Positions 10,524 to 21,706 of a stretch of 49,326 nt of DNA are shown one piece after another. Under the pieces are notes generated by a model. That model was not told the origin of the DNA and ran no database searches. It worked only from the letters and a program-made list of their open reading frames with translations. The stretch comes from Paraglomus brasilianum (lineage: Eukaryota), in contig CAJVPI010000144.1 in assembly GCA_910592345.1 (NCBI GenBank), positions 1-49,326 of the forward strand, in the 5' to 3' direction. The stretch's first letter is position 1; the number at the start of each line of letters is the position of its first letter. The position numbers and the translations under genes are program-made.

Positions 10524-12353
10524 TCACAGCCCGTCCTCGCCGTTAGACGGAATTTTATCGTTCGATACAACGGTTTCTACTGGATTGTCATTTTTATCAC
10601 TTGACGTCTGTCTTTCTTCATTTAAGCAAGCCCGATCAGCCTATAACGAGAAGAATCTTGAGAATTCTAGACTTATGGATAGTTTTTACCGTCGTCAAAC
10701 AAGCATACCTCAATTATTGCCACACAAAATTCAACGAGAGGGTTTATACACCATCTTACCGGCTTCCAGAAACCGGTAAACCATCCAAGGTGCCCTCCAT
10801 GAGATGTAGTAGCCAAAATCACATAGGGGTTAAACCTTAAACGGAGGCAGACTTAGTTGAGCGATTATCACCTTTATTGATTATTTGCATGTTACTTTAC
10901 CTGCACTCATCATATGGAATAACTTCACATGTAGATATAGGATCGTCTTCAGCAGTCAAGCACAACAAAGGAATGCGCACTTTGGTGATAAAACGACAAG
11001 AGCTGGCGTCACGATAATAATCATTCACAGTGTCATAACGAAAGATTAAACGCGTCAGACGATCGTCAAATTCTCTAACAGTTTTTGCCTATTAAAATGG
11101 ACGTAGTTTAATAATAAGAATAAACCCGTGCCACAGACTTCTACGTGTTTCGAATAGGCAAAATGTCGGTAGCATCCATAAAGTTATGATGTACGTCGAT
11201 AGCACTGAAGAGTCTTACCGCAAGCACGTGTTCAGAACGGATTCGATTATCCAGCTTGAGAACTTCCTGGTGTTTGAGAAAGACTTTCTTCAAATTCTCT
11301 GCCATTGCGGGAGAGTATACTGTTTTGCCCAAAAATCTTCGTTCCAACGACATATTCCCACTGTTGTTTTTTTTTTTTTTTTTTAAAAAAAATGGGGTTA
11401 ACTACCAGTAATTGTTTGATGAAGTAAAAGAGCATAAACACATACCCAACCAAATCAAATGGATTAGCAATAGATATTGCACCGATGATAGGTGTCTTGT
11501 CACTCTCTTCTCCAAGATACTACAAAAGCATTATCATGTCATGACAACTTAGTAAGAAACCCTAGGAGAAATATTATTCACAAGTAATATATGGCATGTT
11601 CATACCTTTACCAGTATATTTGAACCTAGGCTAAAGCCAATTGCAAATATCTTAGCATCTGGAGCACGGTTCTGGATTTGTTTCAACGCTATTCTCAAAT
11701 CTTCGGTATACGCGGCGCAATACATTTGGGGCGTAGTAATTTTTGATTCAGCACATCCACGGGCATTAAATACCACTGCCCGATAATTGTGCGGGGGGTT
11801 CGTCAACGACTCCAAGAGACTACGTATATATGATTCATGACTTCCTGAGCATATGATTCCATTAGCTTACTAAAAATGAGCCTTTACTATGAGAATAACA
11901 CCTTTTTTACCTCCAGTCAAGCCATGTAAAACAACAACTATTGGGGTATCGTCGAATGGTTTTTGGCTTGTCGGAGGAGTCCAATCGAGAGTAAACTGTC
12001 CACCATCTGGCGTAGTAACCAACGTTCTAAAAAAGAATCAGGTTATAAGGTCATGGCAGACGGCTAAAGGCCTACTGAAATAGTTCACAAGCTTGCAGTT
12101 ACCTCTCATAGACAATCTTGTGTACGTCGTCAAAGTTTTTATAGGCAGCATAAGCGGTCTGTAAGTGTCCGTTGAGAAGCCAAGGGGTCGGATAAAATTT
12201 CGCACTTTCACCAACTAAAGACGGACAGGTGCTTGCTATATGATCGAGTAGTTGGATCTTATCTGTTTTGTTCGTCGTCTTATCGCGAACATTTATATCT
12301 ACTGTCTGAGGGTTTGCGTGAATTCTCACTGGGGCACCAAACAAGAAACGCAT
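10524..12353 (-). CDS. Alpha/beta hydrolase, ABHD1/2/3 (yeast EHT1/EEB1/MGL2) family, multi-exon
   Basis: Motifs PTPWLLNGHLQTAY, PDGG..TLDW, VVVLHGLTGG, FNARGCA, nucleophile GFSLG, acid AEDDPI and HGGHLGWF. Several GT-AG introns. The last exon ends GEDGL*. Confidence 0.92.
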
Positions 12354-13805
12354 TTCAGAGCAACCTGATCGATTTTCTCCTTCATGGTTATTTCAGTATT
12401 TTGAAAGGTAGTACAAGTTGAAGCCATGAAAAAGCAAGCAATTCGCGTAATCATTTTCTTAATATTAATATTAATATTAATTAATTAATTAAAGAATGTG
12501 TTTAGCCACAAATTAGTGTTGGGGGTACTGGTAACCTGTACCCCTGTTCTACTAATCGTGTTCAATTTTTGACTGAAGACATGGTCGCCCGCGTCGAAAT
12601 AGTTTTGGTCTTTGAACACTGAAATCCCTCGTTTTGTTACAAGCATACCCTACAATATCTTTCACACATCCAACAATGAAGAAAATTAATATGGTCATTT
12701 ACTGTAATAGCAGAGCGCATTCCTATACCATGCGCGGAAACTGATTGATTGAATATTGGTCTTGATTCTTTTTGACCGAAGTGATAAGAATGTGGATTAA
12801 AAGATAAATTAATGACGCTCGTCTCGTTTGAACGGTTCATATTAATTACGATGAACGGCACTGTCGAGCAAAGTTCATAGCATTCATGCAAAGAATTATG
12901 CGACATTTGCTGAACTGATGCTCGAAAATCAGATGAGATAAAACGAGTTGAACTTGTCGGAGAGCTAATTTCTAGTCAGATCATTTGGAGTGAGTGGGAA
13001 CATGCAAACAAACGTCAAAATAAAAAATTTTTCAGTATTACGTCTTCTGATGAAGCACCAAGGTAAAAAGTTATTCACTTCAGTCAATAAATATTCTAAC
13101 CCTATTTGGGATTTAAGAAGAAGAAGATTTTTGATGAAATCGATGGTTTCCGCGTGTGGTGATGTCAGGATTATTATTTTTCTTGTGCATGCCAGCCCTT
13201 GCATTGGCCTTTCTTTCTAGCTACCCAGATTGCTGACAGGAGAATGTGAAAAATGTTTATTCTCACTAAATAATATAATAGTCTCCATGAAATCGCCCAC
13301 CAAAATTAATCAGACCATCGAATCCAAGTCTGCGTTGCACACTCAATTGATAAAAAGATGGTGAAATAGAACAGTGGTGTTATTTACATTTTTAGAGTAA
13401 AAAAGAGGGAATGAAAGATAAAAAATGACAATGAAATAACCTCGAAGAATATTTCATATAGGTAATTTGTTCAAGTGAATCTATAGATAACGATGTTGAC
13501 GAGAATTGGAAATAGATCAGATGGTTGTAATGAGTGTTATTCTTATCTTAGACCATTGCTCCATCATCATTATCATAAAACTACTATTACTTTTGTTACT
13601 CTATAGCAACTTGCAACCAATCTCGTTCGAATTCGTTATAAGATGGTTCAAGTATCCATGGTTTCTTTTCCATGTCTCCTAATTCACAGCAAAGGTGATT
13701 TAAACATTGTCCAAAGCGAAAAAAGTCAAAAGGTACAAGCATATTGTCTTAAATAAACGGGGGAGATGTACACATTCCTCCGCGTTATTGTCAATAGATA
13801 GATAT

Positions 13806-16675
13806 CTATTTCTTGCCATTAATATGATTGTACAGTCTCCTGTGGGGGATACTGCTGCCACCCGTAAAGCCAAATTGTGATGATGATGACGACGATGACG
13901 ACGACGACGATGATGATTGTGCCGTTTTCTGACGGAATTCAGCTAGAATAACAATATGACTATAATTGACAAGATGCGGTAATTCAAAGGTAAAGAAAAT
14001 TTAGTAAAAACTTAGTACGATATCTACTAATAGTAAAAATGCTTCCGAATGTAACTGAAATTTTACTGACTCTGATGGAAAATGCACATTTGGAAATCCA
14101 ACCATCTTCGATACATATTCCTTATCTATTCCACCAAGCAGTCCAGTCACAGTCAACGAATGCGTAGTATGCCAAATATAGTCTATGACCCCGGTAAACG
14201 AAGGGGTAAAATTCGTGAAAGGCAACTCTCCAATATTTGCATATGCAGACTTCAGCGAGAACCTATGAGATAATCCCTCGGATGTATAAGTCCCATATGC
14301 ATGATCCCCAAAATCATGATGATCTTGTTGTACGGTTCCATGACCGAGAAAGTCATACACTCCAGATCCAGGCGTCGAATTGAAGTCACCGCAGATAATT
14401 GTGGACATTTTTGTAGGAGGCGAATAATTATGGATTGGATTAGTGGACTGAGCACACCATTTCTCGGCATACTTCTCAAGCTCATCCGTCAGCATGGCCA
14501 CTTGGACGAGTTTCACATCCGCAAAAGAGGGATCCCAATGAATATGGCAATTGGCAACAATGAGGCGAGCTTGAGTTTCTTTATTTTCGAGCAATGTTAC
14601 AATTGCAATATTGTCTTTCGTTATTACCCGGTTAAACATCTCATCAGTCTTCTTAAAATCTGGTCTCTGTAATGCGATCTGGTTGAATTCTATCAGTTGC
14701 TTATCGATCAAGGTATACCTTTATGATGACAAGGAAGAAAATAGGCAGTACAAAAAAGTGTCAGCAAATGTAAGCAAATATCGTAAACAGAATCAGCTCG
14801 TATTGATGCAATAAATAATAATAGTTGAAATTCGCAATAATACTTTGACGCCTTAAAAAATGTTGCACAGCCGTCCACAGTTTTCTTCTCCCACTCTGAC
14901 ATCGTTTTTGCACGAGACTTTGGCCAATAGACACTATCATAATCGGCCTGCGTACGGAGTTGATCTTTGAAAAATTCTTCATATTGGCTCGTGTCAACTT
15001 CCTGATAAGTGAAGCAGATGAATGTTAACAATCGAATACTAGACGTTTTCATTCTAGAAAATAAACAATGGCTAAACAGATAATATGTCCTCATATCCAA
15101 TACAATTTTAACCTTGAATGAAATGACAAACCTGCAGACACATGATATCCGCATTATATGATAATACTTCTTGTAGAATTATATCTTTACGATAGTTCCA
15201 CGCAAGCGCCCATGAAGGCATGTATCCATAATGTTGAGAGGTGGCGTACTTTTCGCAGAGGACATTGTAGGAAAGGAGAGTGAAGACATCTGTTTCGCAT
15301 AGAAAAACAAATCAATCCGTCAAACACCATGTTGAGAACAGAATGGTAATACCCGTTGGCACTTCCTCGCCATTCTTTGCCTCTTCCGTATCGCCATTGT
15401 CCCGGTATCCAAGACATACCAGGACTATTTGAATTACTCGGATCATTATCCAGTGGTATCCATTCTCGGTCTGCCGGTTGCTGTGGTACTGATGGGAAAA
15501 GTTTCGCATTTATAGACACGATTATTAGTAAATGAATTGAAAATGTATTAGGCATGTTAATAAACCCATGTTGTACATATCAACTTGTCGACGACATAAA
15601 AAATAACTTTCTAAACAACAAGTGGCTTGCTATCGCCACAACCATCATGTCTTTCGTTAATTCGAATTCTCATATTTTCTCCTTGAATTCTCCTGCCCAC
15701 CCGACAACACATACATGGACTTGAATCCCGAAGATATTGTATGACAGCTGGAGTTCCTTCTTTCTGTAACATTGATTTAATGGGTTCTGAGATCGGATTT
15801 CCCTCCAGGCCAAGGATCTCCAACCGATACAGAGTTCCCAGCTCGTACGGCAGAGTCATCAACAAATTATCAAACACCAATAACTCTCGCAGCCTAGTCA
15901 CCATACCCAATTCAGGAGGCAAAGACGTCAATTTATTTCCGGAGACATCCAACACAGTTAAACGTCGTAACTTTGCAATCTCGGGCGATAATCGAGTCAG
16001 ATTGTTATGTTTAATGTATAAAGTAGTCAAAAATGAATAGTGAAATAGTTCATTACTAATGTTCTTAAGCCCCATACCGCCCAAATCAATAGTTTTCCAT
16101 TGGCTGGACCGATCTTTTTTATTTCCAGAACTCTTCTCAACACCTACACCATTTACAGGAGGTTTATTAGGATTGTTTGGATCTGTTATTGCAACGGCCG
16201 AACTATTATTCCTTGCTGCCGCTGCTGCCTGTCGTGCGTGGTGATGAGGAGAAGCAGATTGACGAGACGACTGAGCATACAATAACTGCTGTTGCCAGTG
16301 TAGAGAGCCAATCCCAGTTGACAAAGGGTTAGAAACTCCCGTAGATAACGACACAGTCAAGGGTGGTTGCTGAGTCAAGATAGAGCCAGGTGGTGGTAAT
16401 GCTTGTGCAGGAGGACCAGCAGATTGATTAAGTAATGGATGTGGACCGAAAGAGTGGTTCATCGTCTGTTGTAGTTTGGAATGTATCTTCGACGGAAACG
16501 GGAAGAGGGGCATATTATTTCCATACATCGTGGGCACCCCATGCGAAACTGTATAGCTGAGTGAAGGTGATGTCTGTGAGGGCGAGGTTGTTGGCGATGG
16601 TGTATTAGTCGGAGATTGAACGGGAGACACTGGGATATTGGGACTATTATAAATTAATTGGTGATAAGTGTCCAT
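13806..16675 (-). CDS. CCR4: CCR4 deadenylase of the CCR4-NOT complex (LRR + EEP nuclease), multi-exon
   Basis: Q/P/S-rich N-terminus with SPHHHAR, leucine-rich repeats, then SYNVLCEKYA, IMCLQEV, HIHWDP, CGDFNS, IDYIW and FPSDHI (split by an intron). The poly-Ser tail ends NGKK*. Confidence 0.97.
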
Positions 16676-17489
16676 GATGTTGTTAAGAAAGAGAAATTTT
16701 TAGCATCTGATAATTGGCTATTTTTTGTAGAGGTGTATTTCTCTTGCAATGAAAGTAATCGAACCTCGTTCTTGAACATTTTTGTGAAACCGCCAAAACC
16801 AGAAAGTTTTAACATTAACGTTAAGTTTGTGCTTGACAATTCGTCCAGTCATGTGGTCCTACTTCCAGTTCACGTGATTAAGTTTTTTTTTCTAGTTAGC
16901 CAACGTGGGACCACATAGGGATAATGCAGGTTCACCCCCGGCTAGTTTACCATATTTTCCTAGACAAGTATCAATAAAATTACACCATTTTAAAGCTAAA
17001 TGATTGTAGTTTCAATTGAGAGATATCAGCAATTTTAAGATATTACTGTTGCGGTGTGAGGAGGAGATGAAGCTTCACTTGCTTAATTACTATTGATATT
17101 AAATGATCGACGTAAATCGTATTTATTATTATACTTTTGGCAGTGTAGGTGAGAATTGGCGATTTGATTTAAAATTTCAGTTTTCCTAATAAAATCTGTA
17201 TCGTATTTATACCTTTGGCGGGGGTTGTATTCTATAAGTGCATGGCATTCTTTTGCCTTTATACTGTATGTGAAAAATAATATTCTCATGTATTAGTTTC
17301 TCCCCAACATATCACGAATGATGAACCTTATTACTTAGTCGTGCTCTGCGAACAGTTTTGTTTCTTTAGCTGACGAGAATGCTGCCAAATATACAGTGTG
17401 TTACAGAAGTCTTTATATGCAGATATCTAGCCATAACTTTGACACAGCCGTGTTGATTAAGAAAGCTAAAAACTAGACAATTTATTAAG

Positions 17490-18645
17490 ATGTTAACCTT
17501 GTCTCTAACAAATGGGCGAATAATGAAGATATTCTTGCCTTTTGTAATCCAAAGGAGGAGGATTTAGTACTAGGATGAAAAAAGATTTAATTTCTTTGGT
17601 AATTTCAGAAACACCTGCTTTTCTAGTTTTTAGCAAATTAAATTCAATAGTACCATTAGCAACCAGCCGGGCTTTGACAACTCCAGGATTAGTTGATTTA
17701 AATAAAAAGTGCTGGTATTTTTGCAAACCATTCAATTGCTTAAAGAAAATTCCCAATACCAAATTATTGAAACCCTTTTCCGTTGTCATAACGCCGAGTT
17801 TTATTTAACCTAGCTGTACTTGATTTTTTCACAACCTCAGCAATATGGTTCACACAATCTACAGTTGTTTTTCGGTAAAGTTTTTTAATTAATCCAAACT
17901 ACCATTACACTTAATTTAGTATGTCCAGGCACCATGAAATACTTTCATAATAACCGCAAATTGGTAACATCAAATGAAATGGTAGCATTATTTTTATTCT
18001 GTCCACCGTAATCTTTAGACGTTTTTCGCCTTTATTCAATTTCTTAATTCCATCGAATACTCTGCTCAGCGTATCATTAGGACCTTTCCTCATACTTTCG
18101 TCCTCATTATTATCGGGAACGTAGTTAATTTGTTCGCGTACTGCTTTATCTTGAATACCAAATGAATGCACTTTACGCGGACTGAGATAATAAATCTTAC
18201 TTACCTGTTGATCGGAATGTAGAACGTGAACGTTTTCGTAACTGTAATGAGCAGTAGCGTCAATACTACTATAATCAACTTTACCTTTCGTCATAAAATG
18301 CTCATCTTTGTTGCTCTGCTAACTTCGTATTGTTGTTGTAATAATTTCTCTCCAACTTGGCTTTCACCAGATGTTCTTTGTATTTTTCAGTAGATTCTTT
18401 GCTGCTTCTTCTTTGTACTGTAAGCCGTTCCGAAAATGTTGGTACGTGTTACACAAATCCGTTCTTGGACTCATAATTTGAATATAAGGCGTCAATTGGT
18501 GCCATAACTTGCGGAACGCATCATATTTTAACAATTTCAACGTGCTATCGTTTTGATAAACCGATTTATAACTCGTTTCTGCTGGTAAAAGTACAAGCAA
18601 TTGAGTAATGCGGTTGACATTTCTACCAGGACTTGGTAGTCCATG
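17490..18645 (-). pseudogene. Sola-like transposase relic, copy 2 (central and C-terminal part)
   Basis: Clearly homologous to 121-940 (HGLPSPGRNVNRITQ, MSPRTDLC, AHYSY, SKIYYLSPRKVH). It extends to QKYQHFLF...LNPPPLDYKRQEYL and carries many indels. Confidence 0.85.
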
Positions 18646-18988
18646 CATAAGTGCGCGCACATAAAAAGTCAGCCCCGTGATTTCAATCAACAAAGATGTA
18701 ATAGTAACATTAGTTTACTTGTTAGTACTAGTAAATATACTCGTGCTTTTACAAAGCTGTAAATACATTGACATAAGATATTTGCTAAAATAAAAATAGT
18801 AAAAATTTTAATCACATCTTCTAAACTAAGCGAAGATGACATAAACGCCACAATAATACAATAAATAGTTGTCGTAAATAGTCCAAGAACAATATAACTT
18901 ATTATTATGACATCATTTATTTAAAACCCTAATCCTAACCATGATACCATGATACCCATGATATCCATGATATCCATCCCCGCATATA

Positions 18989-19716
18989 CAGTGTGACACG
19001 AAATTATTGATAATGAAAAAAAAAGTTTATTGCCAGCCAACGACTGTACCAATCATTATCATTGATATGCATATCTTGTTTGATAGCTTAAAAGAGGTAC
19101 ATTTATTTAAAAAGTTTTAACATGAAATTCGTTCTCCATCTTTTTCTATGACAAGCCTACATCTATCTCTCATCGAATTAATTAAAATAATTAACAGTCT
19201 TTCGGATCGAATTCCACTCCTCCACCATAAACTCAGTTAATTCATCACAGTTTTTTGGCACATGCGTTTTTCTACATTTCTTTTGACAATATTCCAGAGG
19301 TTTTCGATGGGATTAAGATCAGGGCTATTAGAAGGCCAATCAATAGCTTCAGGCACATTTTCCCGAAATTATTGATTGACACCCTTCTTGTGCTTTACGG
19401 CCCCAGTTTTTTTCAACTTTCGAAGGTTGTAATAGATAGTTGGGATGGGAGTCATGGTGAGAGTATGTATTTCTTTTGCAGAACGTACACCTTGGCTCCA
19501 ATAATGTTATACGGTTTGGCGTTGTGTCTCAAGGTCGATTGCAGTCTTTTTGGACGGAAATAAAGAAGTTAAAAAAGAGATAGAGTGGATTTGATGTTTA
19601 CCGCGAATCAATACTTTGTTTTTATTTTTTATATGACGCGTTTTGGTTCCAAATTGGTTGAGATATTTGCGTTTGAATCACGTTAAATTTATTATCAATA
19701 ATTTCGTGTCACACTG
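18989..19716 (-). mobile_element. Non-autonomous Tc1 element, 728 bp, internally deleted
   Basis: Perfect 26-bp TIR CAGTGTGACACGAAATTATTGATAAT at 18989-19014 and 19691-19716, with TA on both flanks. The minus strand encodes DWPSNSPDLNPIENLWNIVKRNVEKR. Confidence 0.95.
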
Positions 19717-19761
19717 TATCAACAAAATACGTGTGGTTGATATTAGAGGGGGTCGACTGTA
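19717..19761. mobile_element. End of a pogo/Tigger-like MITE into which the Tc1 element probably inserted
   Basis: The reverse complement reads TA-CAGTCGACCCCCTCTAATATCAACC, with an internal tatcaac/gttgata inverted repeat. Only a weak partner end is visible, at ~18667. Confidence 0.45.
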
Positions 19762-19989
19762 TTGTAAAGAGGTTATATATATTTCTCCGCATTGTCCTAT
19801 TGTAAAAGAAAGGCACATATTATTTCCAAGTTAGCGATTGCTGTGCTAATAACAGGACTTTTATCTGTGTCTACATCCGTAATTGCTTGATCAGTATCCT
19901 TAAAGAGATATCAAGTTCGTGGTCGTTGTCGGTAACTTTATAAATAATATTTATTAGCATTATATTGCTCTTGGATGGATGTGATGGTA

Positions 19990-20330
19990 TCTATTCGTTC
20001 GCCATTATTATATAAGCGGGCTGACAACGTTCCTTAATTGACCAATTAAATTAATTTATAACGTTTAGCGGAATATTATATCATAATTCTGCAATACTTC
20101 ATGGTTGTCGTTTCTCCACTCTTCCCTTGACAATGGCCTTTCAATAGGATTTAGATCAAGACTATCCATAATAGTCAAATCATATTTTTAAAGGAATTAT
20201 TTGACTGTGTTGCTTGTATGTCTAGAATCATGATTTTGTTGGAGCTGCTACTTCCTACCAATATATGGCTTCAGAAATGTGTTTTCTTATGATATTAACA
20301 TGAATTGGCCGGTCATGTTCACGCAGAATC
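19990..20330 (-). pseudogene. Decayed Tc1 DDE transposase fragment
   Basis: Minus-strand LQQNHDSRHTSNTVK and SLDLNPIE are degenerate versions of the QDNDPKH and SPDLNPIE motifs. Confidence 0.65.
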
Positions 20331-20819
20331 GGAAGAGACAGTGAGACTTTTAATTTTATTGCTATTTGTCCAAAGACTTTTGTAACACACAGTACACCCC
20401 AAGTTTTTGAATTGTACCCAGGGGGATGTACCTGGGGTGCTGTGTGCAGAGGAGGTACTATTTGAGGGGGTTACTTTGAAATTCCTTCACAGAGTGATGT
20501 GATTGGTCAAATTTACCATAATAAAACTCATCAGAATCAATGGCACCTCACAGAAATAAGTGTGTGAAAAGAGTTACTGTAACTGAGAAAAAGTGCTGAA
20601 GTTGGAATGCTTTAGAAAAACTTGCAATCGTTTTGTTCAAGAGAAGGTATGTAGATACATTACCTAACCAAACTGAGAAGTTGAAGATTAAACTTTAATA
20701 GAAAATGTTCTGCTTATATAACCATTAATAAACAAGCCAGCGATAATCGTTATGATGAGAATGAATTGAATTATGCAAATCTTTGGGATAATTGGTTTCT
20801 ACATATTAGGTGGACCAAC

Positions 20820-21570
20820 CGACGTCTTAAAAAAAAACGCACACTAATAAAAAAACTTTTACTATTGGGATTGTCATACGCCTCTTTGCCAGAAGACATT
20901 CAAAAAAATTATATATATGTAACTCGGTCAATTTTCAAAATAAACGCGTAATTAATGGATCAAAACAAAGCTTATGTAATGGGCTATTATTTACAATCAG
21001 ACAATATTTCAATAGGTTTGATGAAGCATCTATGTGAACTAATTATAGAAAACAGTGGTGATCGCATCCCATATTAAATAATAAATGTTTGTACCATTTA
21101 TTTTTTTTTGAACACCACTGTATCTCAATATGTTAGGAATTGGCCGCATTTGTTTAGAAACCAATGGGAATATACCGCGTGTTTATGGTAACGTAAAAAG
21201 TGTGTCGCGATAGAAAACTAAAATTACCATGGATGTTACATACAGCAGTGAACAGTTTTCTCGAGAAATGTGCTGACCACCAAGTTCTGGTAGAAACGTC
21301 AGCCGAATTACTCAATCATTTATACTCTTGCCAGCCGAACCGAGTTATAAATCGGTCTATCGCGATTTTATCGCAGGTCTTGAAAACAATAGCACGTTGA
21401 AATTGTTACAATACAATGCATTTTGCAAGCCGTGGCACCAATCAACGCCTTATAAGCACACGAAAGATTTATGCGATACGTGTCACTGTTTTTTACAAAG
21501 AACGGCTAAGTTAGAGCAAAAAGTATTACAACAAACATACGAAATTAGCAGAGCAACAAAGAAAATTGTC
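20820..21570 (+). pseudogene. Sola-like transposase relic, copy 3, split by an insertion
   Basis: 20820-20897 matches the reverse complement of ~1127-1206. The match resumes at 21121 (tatctcaatatgttaggaattgg) and continues through SYKSVYRDFIAGLENNSTLK and DLCDTC. Confidence 0.85.
20898..21120 (+). mobile_element. Tc1-derived mini-element of ~223 bp
   Basis: The right end ...TTTTTTGAACACCACTG is followed by TA. The left end retains only ttcaaaaaaa. It contains the typical Tc1 C-terminus MKHLCELIIENSGDRIPY*. Confidence 0.75.
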
Positions 21571-21577
21571 GATGAGG

Positions 21578-21706
21578 ATCGATAAGTCGGACAAAATCTC
21601 TCGGCTTCCCCCATATTTAAAACTTTCTCAATAAGTTGGACGACATATACTGCATAAACTCTCGTTAAGCTGTAAGATACTGATAAATGGCTCTCGATAA
21701 GTCGGA
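21578..21706 (+). repeat. Three TC(G/A)ATAAGT(C/T)GGA motifs, probably subterminal repeats of a pogo-like element
   Basis: Copies at ~21579, ~21627 and ~21694, starting where Sola-like copy 3 breaks off. Confidence 0.5.

Noticed and set aside
21053..21120. CAGTGGTG...CACCACTG as a 68-bp MITE
   Set aside because: The left copy lacks a TA flank and is part of the Tc1 C-terminal coding sequence (NSGD). The real insert starts at ~20898.
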